From assembly GCF_009914755.1 (NCBI RefSeq), contig NC_060926.1: DNA of 64,000 nucleotides. The stretch is one strand, 5' to 3'. Under the pieces are notes generated by a model. It had not been told where the DNA came from. It was given only the letters and a program-made list of their open reading frames with translations, and did no database searches. How positions within the stretch are numbered: the stretch's first letter is position 1; each line of letters opens with the position of its first letter. Of the stretch, positions 10,856 through 23,890 are shown piece by piece. The DNA comes from the human T2T-CHM13v2.0 reference genome, Homo sapiens. Made by a program: the position numbers and the translations under genes.

Positions 10856-12382
10856 AAGGGGAAATAAAGATTTTCTCAGACAAACAAAAACTAAGCTTCA
10901 AAACCAGCAGATCTAGCCTGCAACAAATTTTAAACATGGAAAAATTCTGGGAAGCAACATTAAGAACCTCCTCTGTGAATGCTATCATTTTGTTAAGCAG
11001 CCCTTGTTTAGATACATAAGAACCATCTTCCAATTGGGTATTTATTATTGCATTAAACCCATTCTTCATGATTTCCCCAGAAATATCATGAAAGTGTTCC
11101 CAAAATGCCTGTGGAATATCTGATACACTCATCCAACAGTCACTATTTCCTGCTAAAGAACAAAATGATGTTACTCCATTGTGAAGTGATCTTGGTGATC
11201 TCTTGCTGGATCTCCTTCTAGATTTTTATGAATCACATCTTTAATAATTCATTCTAGGACCTTGCCCAGGGTTAACTTAAAGCTCTCTAGTCCTGAATAG
11301 CAGCATGTATCCTTTTTTCCTCTAAAATGTGAATCTACGTTTACATTTTCCTCTTTTCCATTTTCCCTTTCTCCTTCACATATCACTGTCCTCATTTGCA
11401 CCTTAGGATATTATATTCTGGGGTTAAATTTGCTCACAGGAGGAAACTTGAACTCATTTTTAGCAGTAGGATTATCTCTTATAATATTTTATCTCATTTT
11501 CATCTTCTGTTCCTCCCAATCAATGTTTATTCTACACAGCTTAGTGTTGAAATCAGTCTCTTTAAGAGAAAAGACAAAGCAAAATAGAGATTAAAGAGTT
11601 CTCTCCTATGTCAACCATCAACTTTATGCTCTAAACCACAGCGCCGAGTTTATTCATTTGATGATCTTATTCTTACCGTAATGTAACTAGGGTCTTCTGG
11701 TTATCATTGGCTTTATCAAAAGTTGTAACCCATTTTATACTTTAGTCTTTGTAAATCTTATCTTCAGTTCTTTGCTTCTCCCTTAATCATTGCCTTGTAT
11801 TATTCAACATTAGGAGACCCCATTTCCATTGCTTTAAATCTGAGGTCACCAGAGTGCATTCTCTATACTGCCACCCAGGGTCACATCTCTTTCCTCCCCA
11901 TGTATCTATTACTATATACAAAAACAGATGAATAAAATTTACTTACCAAACTACATCCCTCTTAAAGCACACCATTGGCAGAGGCTGAGTGTTTCTCTAA
12001 TATAAAATGCTTATCAGGGTATTAAAATATGGAAAAATCAGCTTCCTATAGCTTGATAAAAAAATTCAGTAATTGTTATTATTACTCACTTATTTGAGTT
12101 CATTAATAATAAAATTGCATGAAATAATAGCTGTGCAATATATAATACATAATAGTATATAACATAATAATATAATGTTTGTATAAAGGGAAACAACTTT
12201 TTTCCCTCAAAAATCTGTGTTTGTGTCCATATCTACCACTGATTAAACACAGGGGGGTGCCTTTTAACCTCTTTGTGCCTTTGTCTCCTCATCTGTAGAA
12301 CTGGGTTAATAAATGAATGTGTTGTTATTCTTGTAAGGCTAAACAAAATTAAGTACATACACTTGACCTTGGAAGCCTTAAG

Positions 12383-12980
12383 GCAGTGAATACCAAAGTG
12401 TGGAACGTGATGATTTTAGATGACTATTGGACATGTATTCAATAATATTAAATCACATGGTATGAAAATTACTTCAATTTTGTTTTAACCCTTGTAATTA
12501 CATAAAAAGGAAAATCCCTATTTGGTGCCAGTGTGTTTTCACATCTTCTAGCACTTGTTATTCTCCCTTTTAAGCAAAGGAAGAGTAGGTGACAGGCTTT
12601 CCTTCAGCAGGCAAAAGTGTTTCTCTTGAAATGAATTACATTATTTTGTTTTAATTGCACTCATTTTGCAATTATATTTTATTATGGCAAGCAATATTCC
12701 TTTTCAAGTTTCAATTTCTTTTTCTTTTTCTTTTCTTTTTTTTTTGAGACAGAGTCTGGCACTGTTGGCTGGGCTGGAGCGCAGTGGCATGATCTCAGCT
12801 CACTGCGACCTCCGCCTCCTGAGTTCAAGCGATTCTCCTGCCTCCCATTTCTTTTTCAAATGAATTAATTGAAATAAAAAGAAATAATTTGTTTTAGATA
12901 ATAACTAAATGTATTACAGGTGGTTTGAGGTTTGGCAAAAATTATGAAGTTATTATATGAAAGACTGAGGAAACATTCGA
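12383..12980. mobile_element. Probable hAT-Charlie DNA transposon remnant containing a partial Alu (12716-12846, minus)
   Basis: Termini resemble Charlie/MER113-like ends; Alu right-arm fragment is clear. Confidence 0.4.
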
Positions 12981-15002
12981 TAATGTAATATACACATTTT
13001 AATCTATTTGCCTATTATCAATGAAGTTATATTTTTATTAATTATTATTAAAAAATAAGTCTCTGAAAAATTTGTGCTTTACAGGTTCCTAAGCCTGATT
13101 CTTGAAGCCTCTCACACAGAAGTTTTAAAAGATTCCCTAGTAAATAATAAAAAGAAAGTTTGCATTTGATATCTGACTTTTATTTCCTCTAGGTTAGGGG
13201 TAATATCTACCTTCTTTATATGCTCTACAGCATCTATTAGAAGGCTGAGTGCACAAGTGTTTTTAAGTAAATATTCAAATGTGCTGAATTGACATTTAGG
13301 TGTGTCAAAAATGTTTGTGGGTGATATATGTGTGCCTCCCCTGCTCTTCTCAAAGTACCTCCAGCTGTTAATACTACCAGAGCAATTTCCACCCAATTTC
13401 CCTCTCAACTCTGAAGTTATAGCTCAGATAATGTGGCGACCAGTCTGAATCACAGAATCTTTAGCTATTTGTCATTTCCATAATGTCTGCCAGCATCTTG
13501 TAAGCTGGCTGTGTGATGTCCAAGACCAGATAAAGGAATTGCACTTTTCTCCATAGCTTATATATGCTAAGTCCCTTTACCACACTATAATTGTCTTTAA
13601 TTTTTTCCCAGTTCAGTCCCTGCTCTCCAATGCCATGACAACACACATCCTATAAAGAGAGTCTTTACAAATAGTCATGAGATGAGGACTTTTGACATTT
13701 CTCTTCAGGGATCTTATCCACATCCATTTTCTCTGCCTGTTGGTTCTTGACATTTTAATGTCTGAAGAGCTTACATTCTATATAACCAATAGGAAGGGGA
13801 AAATAATATCTTTACCTTCTGATCACAAAGAAAGTTGTTCAAAGTCCTAAGCTTAATACAGTACGCAAAATGTTTCCAGAATTCTTGAGTGAGGCATTCC
13901 AATATTCATGAGAAACATTATTTACCATTACAGTATCTAAAGAGGAACCCAAAGTCTGCAGAAGTAGGCAAGTTAACACTAGATTTAAAATTTTCTGCCC
14001 TTTAAGCTGTGTTTGTAGAACCCACACCAATTCCATTTGATTAGCATCTTCTCTAAATCTATGTAATCCTCTCAACCTGTTCTATACTTTTCCTTTATCT
14101 CTGACTCTTGGTGTTAAAGTCCTTAATTAAAAAGTAACACAGATGACTGACAAGCACATACATATACATACACAATTGGCTAGAATCCAAAATTCTAACA
14201 TTTGTCTGGCTTGCTAGGTTGTCCACTGGAGCCTAGATTTTGAACCTTTTGAATATCAGGCTGGCTGACTGCCAACTGATGGTTCAAACATTCAACCAGT
14301 CTTCTATCTAATCTGCCCTCAAGAAGGAATCTGGGAAAAGCCAAAACCTGATTTTCCCTTTATATATGAATTCTCTCATCATCCTCCAAGCAGCCCAATA
14401 AGATAGGTCTTATTAACTGTATCATATGGAGTAGGAAACCTGAGATTAGAAAGTTAAATAAGTTGCTCAAGGTCATGGAACTAGTGAAGGGCAGAGTGTG
14501 GTTAAAAGTCAACTCTGTAGGATGAGAAAATCCATTTGTTTCTATTATACCAACCAGCTCCACAATGGTGTTATTCAAAAAGCTAATCTTAAGAAAGCTT
14601 TAGAGTAGTAAAGAAATATTAACTTGCCTTTAATATTAGCTTATCACTTGCTCTAGGAAGCCACTATTCTTCCTCATCTGTCCAATCAGATACTTGACTC
14701 TTAACAGCTGTAAAATATCATCTCTGGCAGCTTTTGATGATAAAACAACTCCAACGTTCAAATGCTACTGCTGTTGCTTCATGCAGGTGTACCTTGTTTT
14801 ATTGTTCCTCATTGTATTGCTCTTTGCAGATATTTCTTAGAAATTGAAGGTTTGGGAAAATTCTGCATGGAGCGAGTCTATCAGCACCTCTTTAACAACT
14901 GTTCTCACTTCATATCTTGCCTCTGTGTCATACTTTGGTACTTCTTGCAATATTTCAAAGTTTTTCATTATTATTATATCCGTTATGGTGATCAGTGATC
15001 TT

Positions 15003-15190
15003 TTTTGACTGTTTGTTTGCTTTTTTTTTTTTTGAAAACTTGAGACAGGGTCTCACTCTCTCACCCAGGCTGAAGTGCAGTTGCACAATCACAGCTCACT
15101 GCAGCCTCAACCGCCTGGGCTCAAATGATCCTCCTGCCTCAGCTTCCAGAGTAACTAGGACCACAGGGTATGCACCACCACACTTGGACA
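15003..15190 (-). mobile_element. Alu right monomer (FRAM/AluJ-like) in Tigger1
   Basis: Flanked by atcagtgatcttt/atcactgatcttt. Confidence 0.8.
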
Positions 15191-15979
15191 ATCACTGATC
15201 TTTGATGTTACTATTGTAATTGTTTTGGGGTGCCACAAACAAACTGTACCTGTATACGACAGTGAACTTAATTGATAAATGTTGTGTGTATTCTAACTGC
15301 TCCACTGACGGAGGAGCAGGCGGTGAACTTAATTGATAATGTTGTATAAGACGGTGAAGTTAATTGATAAATGTTGTATGTATTCTAACTACTCCACTGG
15401 CTGGCCATTTCTCCCCTCCCCACAACATATCCTTGGGCATCCACAATTCCCCAAGACACAATGGTACCAAAATTCAGCCAATTAACCCTACACTGGCTTC
15501 TAAGTGTCCGAGTGAAAGGAATAGTCTCTCACTTTAAATCAAAAGGAGGAAATGATTGAACTTAGCAAAGAAGACATGTTGAAGGCCAAGATAGACAAAT
15601 GCTGGGCATCTTGTGCCAAATACTTAGCCAAGTAGAAAATATAAAAGAAAATATCTTGAAGAAAATTAAAAGTACTACTTCAGTCAAAACATGAATGATA
15701 AGGAAGCAAAACAGCCTTTCACTGGAAGAAGATGACATCTAGGACTTTATAGCTAAAGAGGAGAAGTTAATGCCTGGCTTCAAAGCTTCAAAGGACTGGC
15801 CAACTTTCTTCTTTGGAGCTAATCCAGCTGGTAACTTTAAGTTGAAGTCAGTGCTCACTTACCTTCTAAAAATTCTAGGGCCCTTAAGAATTTTGCTAAA
15901 TCTACTCCGTTTGTACTTTATAAATAAAACAACAATGCCTGGATGACAGCACATTTGTTTATAGCATAATTCACTGAAT

Positions 15980-16271
15980 TTTTTTTTTTGAGATGGAGTT
16001 TCACTCTTGTTGCCCAGGCTGGAGCACAGTGGCAGAAGCTTGGCTCACCACAACCTCCGCCTCCTGGGTTCAAACAATTCTCATGCCTCAGCCTCCCAAG
16101 TAACTGGGATTACGGGCATGCGCCACCATGTCCAGCTAATTTTGTATTTTTAGTAGAGACAGGGTTTCACTATGTTGGTCAGGCTGGTCTCAAACTCTCA
16201 ACCTCAGGTGATCTGCCTGCCTCCGCCTCCCAAACTGCTGGCATTACAGATGTGAGCCACCATGCCCAGCG
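15980..16271 (-). mobile_element. AluS (Sp/Sq-like) in Tigger1
   Basis: Full dimer; TSD attcactgaat/atttactgaat. Confidence 0.92.
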
Positions 16272-16489
16272 ATTTACTGAATATTTTAAGCTCATTGTTA
16301 AGATCTGCTGCTCAGAAGAAAAGATTCCTTTCAAAATATTACTGCTGCTTGAAAATGTACCTGCTCACCCAAGAGCTCTAACGGAAATGTACAAGGAAAT
16401 TTATGTTCTTTCCACGTCTGCTAATATAACATTCATTCTGCAGCCTATGGATCAAGAAGTAATTTTGACTCGGAAGTATTATTATTATC

Positions 16490-16689
16490 AGCCCCCTGCA
16501 GCCTTGACCTCCCAAGCTCAAGCTGTCCTCTCTCCTCAGCCTTCTGAGTCACTGGAACTATAGGCATGTGCCACCACACCCAGTTAATTTTTTTAATTTT
16601 TTTTCTAGAGACAGGGCATCATATGTTTCCCAGGCTGGTCTTTAACTCCTGGGCTGAAGCAATCCTCTTGCCTTGGCCTCCCAAAGTGT
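16490..16689 (-). mobile_element. AluJ internal fragment in Tigger1
   Basis: Alu middle region lacking both ends. Confidence 0.8.
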
Positions 16690-16911
16690 CAAGTCTTATT
16701 ATTTAAGAAATATATTTTATAAGGCTATAGCTACCATAGATAGTGATTCCTCTGATGTATCTAGGCAAAGAAAATTGAAAACCTTCTGTAAAGGAGTCAC
16801 TATTCCAGGTGTCATTAAGAATATTCGTGATTCATGAGAGAAGGTCAAAATATCTACATGAACAGGAGTTACGAATAAATTGATTCCAACTCTTATGGAT
16901 GACTTAGTTGG

Positions 16912-17276
16912 TGTATTAGTCCATTTTCACACTGCTGATAAAGACATACCCAAGACTGCGTAATTTATAAAGAAAAAGAGGTTCAACTGGCTCACAGTTC
17001 CATGTGACTGGGGAGGCCTCATAATCAGAATGACAGAAAGCAAAAAGCCCTTCTTACATGGTGGCAGGGAAGAAAGAATGAGAACCAAGTGAAAAGGGAA
17101 ACCCCTTATAAAACCATCAAATCTCGTGAGACTTATTCACTACCATGAGAAGAGTACGGTGGAAACTGCCCCCATGATTCAGTGATCTCCCGCCGAGTCC
17201 CTCCCACAACATGTGGAAATTATGGGAGCTACAATTGAAGATGAGATTTGGGTGGAGACACAGCCAAACCATATCA
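16912..17276 (-). mobile_element. THE1 solo LTR (MaLR) in Tigger1
   Basis: tgtattagtcc...cagccaaaccatatca; TSD gttgg/gatgg. Confidence 0.92.
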
Positions 17277-18022
17277 GATGGATTCAAGATTTCAATGAAG
17301 GAAGTCACAGCAGATGTGGTGGAAATAGAAAAAGAAATAGAATTAGAAGTGGAGGCTGAAGTTGAGAGTGAATTTCTACAATCTTATGGTAACACTTTGA
17401 CAGATGAGGACTTGCTTCTTTTAGATAAGTGAAGAAAGTGGTTTCTTGAGATGGAATTTACTCCTGGTGAGGAGGCTGTGAACATTGTTGAAATGACAGC
17501 AGAAGATTTAGAATATTCCACAAATTTAGTTGATAAAGCAGTGGCAGGATTTGAGAGGCTTGACTCCAATCTTGAAAGAAACTCTACTGTGGGTGAAATG
17601 CTGTCAGACAGCATCACATGCTAAAGATAAATTTTTTATGAGTGGAAGAGTCAATTGATGTGGCAAACTTCATTGTTGCCTTATTTTAAGAAACTGCCAC
17701 TGCCACACCAACCTTCAGCAACACCACCCTGATTAGTCAGTGGCGATCAACATTGAGGCAAGACCCTCCACAAGCAAGAACATTATAACTCAGGCTGAAG
17801 TTGCATGTGAACATTAGCATTTTAGCAATAAAGTATTTTTGAATTAAGGTAGTATATTTTTTAGACATAATGTTCTTGTACACTTAATAGACTACAGTAT
17901 AGTGTAAATATAACTTGTATATGCTCTGGGAAACCAAAAAAATGTGCTACTCACTTTATTGTGATATTTGCTTTATTGTGGTGGTCTGGAACAAAAGCCA
18001 CAATATCTCCAAGGTATGCTTG

Positions 18023-18049
18023 TATATATATATATATATATATATATAT
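18023..18049. repeat. (TA)n microsatellite
   Basis: Directly visible at the Tigger1 end. Confidence 0.95.
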
Positions 18050-21000
18050 GATTAGAATGAAATGTGGATACTATGCCTTTTTCCTTCTCCACAAACCACA
18101 AAAAATAAATGGGCTTCCAATTATAATGGTCTGTCATTCAGACTCCTAAGCTGCTGTTTAAATTCTGCTTTTCGATTCACCTTCTATGGTTTCTTTTTTA
18201 CCACTAACTTTTGACTGTTGCTTTTTTATCCAGTTCAAGAAAATCATACCTCCTGGAGCTCTTTAACAACACTTCCCACTGACCAACAGCGATTGGAAAT
18301 GTAATAAGCCTGAGCACTCTGCAAATATCACTTCCCCCATGTATGTATAATCAGGCCATGGAGAAATATCCTATGATCCTTTTGGCTTGCTCAAAGACGA
18401 CAAGATTCCATCTAGAGGAAAACAAAGTTTGGAATAATTGGCTGCCTGCAAAAAGCTTCCATACGGAGGTCAGTGATTCTGAAATTTTCTGACCAGCAAT
18501 GCATGTTGGAATCTCTTTATTGCAGATAGAGGCAGTCTAGAGTATGTTAATTTTATATCCAGATTATTTTTGTCTTCATGTCTCTGAACAAAGTTTTCTT
18601 CCTTCATAGTATCTGTAAGTCAAAATTCTTTTTCTGTTTACTCTCTGAAACATACCCTCTTTCTACATTTGTGCCATACTTTCCTGAGTTCTTCCAACAA
18701 ACAAAGTGTTAGGAGAAAACACAACAGGCTCTTCTACCCCAAGAATGCTTTCATGAAGTTCTAAAAGTCCTTAGGACACAGTTTTCAGAAATACCAACAA
18801 AATAGTAAGGAGAAAGAAAGCCCACTATCATTATCATTTAGTGGGACAGCTTATTACCACCACTCTTCAGTTCCCATCGAGAACAAACTTCCACACCTCT
18901 CCTAAGAGAAAGCAGTTTGGGAGGATGGCCTTCTCTTCTCCCCCATGACTCACTCTGCAGGAATGCCTTTATTGTTGATATTGAGGAGATGAAACTAAGC
19001 ATGTGTAGCCCAATCTCTTCTTGCCTTTCTCCTCTCTTACTTTGGGACCTTCCCTTCCTGCAGACTGAATATGTTCTCCTTTCCAGCTCCTTCTTCCTTT
19101 ACACCTCTCTCTCTGCTCTCTCTGTTCCTGTCATTAGAGGAAATTTACTGCTGTCCAACTGTTCTGCTTCTGACTAGGTATATAAGTTAAATTCAAAAGA
19201 AGGTAGTGAGAAGCTTATTTGGCCTTTGATTCAAGCCACATTCTCCATTATATAATAACAATGAAATAGATCTTTTCATGCCTGTCTTACTGCTGTGTCT
19301 GTTTCTTAGTTGGGACAGATTGACACAGAGAGTGGTATGATTGATTAGCACGTTCAGACCCAACTCAAGCTTTCCCACTGGTCTCACTTTGCTATTTTGT
19401 AAATGAAGTCTTCAAACAAATGCTGTTTGCCCTGTCCTGCCTTCAAAACACGGAATGAGGCTCAGTTCTTAATTCCCCGGGCTATATTTATTAAAAGCTT
19501 GAAAATGCTTGAAGTTTAATATCCTAAGAAAAAAAATAAGTACTCTTAGAGAACTACAAATCTTCACCAAACTTCCCTCTCCAGGCTTAGGATCTGGCAT
19601 GTTCCAAGTCACAGGGAGTCCACTCTGTCCCCACAAGTGAGAATATCCAGACATCCCTCCATATTAGGGTCCTGATCATAATTCTATAAGCCTCAGACAG
19701 AGAAGCAGGTTAGTCTACATCCTAATTTCAGACTTGCTTTCTTTCTTGCTCTAAGATGATTGACAATGGGAATGTCCATTTCCTTTAGAGGAAATCACAT
19801 CACACTATCTGTATTTACAGTGTGTTTTTTACTCCATAGCCAGACAAAAAGAAAATCATCATATATGACAGCACATTTCCCAGTCTTACTCTTAAACAAT
19901 CATGTGAGATGTATCAAACATTTAGTCGTATTACGTCACGCTGTATTACGTCAAGCTATATCTAGCTTACTTGATTGTTTTATAGAGAGATGGTAAGCAA
20001 CACATCTTTGAGATGGTGCTCAGACTCACCTCCAAATCTTGAGCACTTGAATGAAGAGACCCACATATCACCATAGAACAAACAAATATTTTAGTCAAAA
20101 GGCAGAAGAGATCAAGACTTAGGAAAGGAGTGTCTCCAAATCTTTAGGTATATAGCTAAAATGTATGCAATCTATGTTACTAAATAGGATTCAGCATTTC
20201 TGTGATACATCAGCACTCAGATGACTTCACTGGTTCAGTCTTGCCAAAGCAATGGGTAGATGCATGCATGACTTGCGTCTGCCTGGATCACTATGGCAAT
20301 CCTTCCCAGAATAAATGCAATTTCTGCCTCAAAGATTCCGTTTTCACCTCCCAAGTGACCAATTTTAATAAAGTTAAGCCTCCAAATAACAAATAGCCTG
20401 CTACAACAAAAATTAAAATTTAGTCTGCTCTAGGTACTCCATTACATTGTTTGTATCACCGTTACTGACTACATGATCTATTCAGAACCTTTTTATATAT
20501 AATATTACTTAATCATGAGCAAGTACTTTTATTATTCCTAATTCATAGATGAGGAACCTGAGGACTCATGGCCTATGTACCCTGCCAATGACTTCTGTGC
20601 TAAGTCCTGAACCTACTTGACTTCAAATGTATTCATCCTTTCCTGTTCTGGATTACTTGGGGCTGCATTTCCTAGGCTTCTATGTCAGTTGAATTATACA
20701 GATAGGGGTTTGCTGGAACACTGAGAGCAAGAAAGGCAAAAGCCATAGTTTTCTCCCCATCCTCTCTATTTGTTCAGCATCTTTAGTATTAGCTCTGTCC
20801 CCCATGTGCTCCAATTCCTGACACAGATGCCTAAAACAAATGTTCTGTCTAAGCCACATCTTTTCCCCCACCAGCTCTCTTTCTTCCCTGCCTTTTCCAT
20901 TTCTGGATCACTTCACATCACAGGTAAAACAGGCAGCTGGGGTATTCTCTGGGACTACCCCCAAACATCTGAGTGGTGAAACACACAGGGGAGGCATTAC

Positions 21001-23166
21001 TATTTTGTATGAAGAAAGGGCACACCAAAACAGAGAAGTTATAAATATGGTCCTAATCCTGGTGTCACTTTCACATATTTATTTAATTCTTCTTTCAATT
21101 TCTGCCACAGGCAAAATAGGAAGAGATCAAAAATTTTTTAACCTGAAAAACATTTGAAAATATCAGAAAAAATTATTTTGAAATTGAATTCTCATTTGGA
21201 GTATTTATTATAAACAGCTGTCATCTCAACAGGCTCAGTAGGCAAAAGCTGTGTGTCTGATTTAGAGGTTGGGTTGAGACAGTCAACAAAAGTCTAAAAA
21301 CCCTTAGACCCAATGTGATGACACTCAGAGAAGTGAGAAAAAGGATGGAAAAGAGGAAAGATTTATGAGACATAGCAAAGAAAGCCAAGGTCAGTGTGAA
21401 TGACAAGAATTCTCAAGAAACAGCTGTTGAATTTAACTTAATCAAAACTAGCTGGTAAAGTGGAATTTTAGTTTGATATTTGAATAAGAGACTAAGATAA
21501 TTCTACATAAAAGTACATAATATGAAGAATAAAGAAATAATTTAGAAGAGGTCTGGTAATTTTATTTAAAAATGAAGACGTACATGAGCATTTTTTTTGA
21601 ATTTTGATGACAAAATATAAAAATATAGCAAGAAAAATCACATAGTGAAATAAAAATCTTAAAAGATAGTAATAAGAATAAACATTGTTTGAGCCCTTTA
21701 TATGGCTCAAACACTAAAAGAGGTACTTCAAATACATCATCTCCTTTAACATTCACAATAACCTTATGAGACAAATATTATCCCCATGTTATGGATTAGG
21801 AGGCTATGATTCAGGAAGATTCATAACATGTTTAAGGTCAAAAAGGTATTTGTGTTCCTGTAAATATTAGTAGGCATTCAACAAAATAGTTCCATAATAA
21901 AATTTTTGAGAAACAGCCAACACTATTTCTCTCTGCTAGAGATTAGGCTCTAAGGTTGTACAGAGATAACTTTTTTAACCCTTCTTTACCCTAAAACTTA
22001 TCAAATTTATAACATGGTGGAAAATATATGTATGTGTACGTGTGTTGTATAAATGTGTGTGTGTAATTACTACTTTTGTGGACATGAATCTTCCACAGAA
22101 CACAATTTGGAAAAGACAGCAAAAAGCTATAATAGAGCCAAATCACTAAGGCTAAATTCAATAGAGACAAATTTAAATCTAGCATTGATATTTTTAAAGT
22201 CCCATTATTCAAGAACAAAATTCAGGCCAAGAATGCCTTTTAAATGCCCTGGAGGTGGACTACCATGAGTCAGACGATGATGATGAAGCTGATGGTTAAT
22301 GAAATCTTAGGCTAATTTAATAGAAGTGTACTGTCTGTATCAAGGGAGATTAAGATATATGTCTGGCTCTGAATTAAGCCTTTAAATAGAGTGTTGACAA
22401 ATAAAAGGAGTGGCAGACTTTGACAATTAAGTTGAAAGTTATAGAAGTGATGTTATATAATATTACCGGAGAAACTAGAAATAATATTTTAATTGACATA
22501 AATATATGACTGGTTTAGGGTTGTTAAGGGTAACTAAGATGTGATACTTATGTTCCTATAGTTAACAGATCATCATTAAAATAAGGATGTAGACTTAACT
22601 CGTGTTTCTCTAGAGTCCAGGACTAGGACTAACAAATGATAAGGAATTCAGTTTAGGTTTAACATAAATAAAATGTTTCAACAAGCTGTCTCAGAAGAAA
22701 ATAGACTGACCAAAAATTAGAGAAAATCCAATCAAATTAAATAGTCTCTTAGAACTTGCCACAGAAAAGAGGCATTGTCCAGTCACCTAACTTACCTTAC
22801 TTACCCTGGAAATTTATTAGTAAAAAAGGAAATTTCAGAAATCTCATATTTAAAGAAGAAATGGAAATGTATGTATGGATGTCCGTAATTCAATAGCATC
22901 TTTGGTCATCAAAGAACTGCTCTCTTGACTCAATGGCATCAACTACACTTGAGATCTCACTTCTCTTTTCTGCTGTAAATGATTTAACTGCCCCACAAGC
23001 AACAGATGTCTTTGCTTCTCATGGCTACTCCTATTCTAGGCTTCTCCTGCCCCATGACTTTTCCACACTAGTTTTTTTTTTCCTATGGTGTTTTTTCTTC
23101 TGACATCTCTGCTATCTGATGATTTTTCTCCGTGACTTACTTTAAAATGTCCTGCTAGATAATCTT

Positions 23167-23444
23167 TTTTGTTTCTTGAGACAGGGTCTCACTCTGCCAC
23201 GCAGGCTGGAGTGCAGGCTCACTGCAGCCTTGACATCCCGGGTTCAAGTGATCCTCCTACCTCAGCCTCTTGAGTAGCTGGGACCACAGGTGCATGTCAC
23301 CACACCCTGCTAATTATTGTACTTTTGTAGAGACAGGGCTTTCCCATGTTACCCAGGCTGGTCTCAAACTCCTGAGCTCAAGCAATCCACCCACCTTAGA
23401 CTCCCAAAGTGCTGGGACTACAGGCATGAGCCACCACACCCAGA
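23167..23444 (-). mobile_element. AluJ
   Basis: Perfect 12-bp TSD ctagataatctt (23155-23166, 23445-23456). Confidence 0.92.
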
Positions 23445-23890
23445 CTAGATAATCTTATTGAATTGTCCTCTCAACATCGAATACAGTGCATCACTATTAA
23501 GTTCCTCTCACCAGGCCGTCTTACAGATTTCTTTCTCCAAATAGTTGCCTTTGTAGCAGCTACCCAGCCATAATCCTCTCAGTTGTGACCAGAACATTAC
23601 GGTCACAAGACAGCAAACACTGCAACCTATATGAAGGAAGTCCTTAAGAGGTAATAAATGGTGGACACTATAAATGGACTATCCAGGACCACCATCTCAT
23701 AGAAATACTCTAGAAGATGCTTCTGTTTTGTATTAGAGGTTAAATAAAATCTCAAAAGTCCCTTCCAACACTAATGTTCTACTACATGAATGTATAGATC
23801 TAAGCCATTATTGTTTCTTAATATTGATAAAAAATATTAGGGCTTATGGAAAGCATAGGTTTACTGGCATCATATTTAATACAAAGCCTA

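Larger units (their letters stand above)
14784..18022 (+). mobile_element. Tigger1 DNA transposon (internally deleted, with nested insertions)
   Basis: TIRs caggtgtacctt.../...aaggtatgcttg; transposase remnants ([31 protein letters not shown]); right TA expanded to (TA)n. Confidence 0.92.

Noticed and set aside
15988-16563. 191-aa ORF fusing antisense Alu and Tigger1 transposase
   Set aside because: Chance read-through across nested repeats with a non-ATG start.
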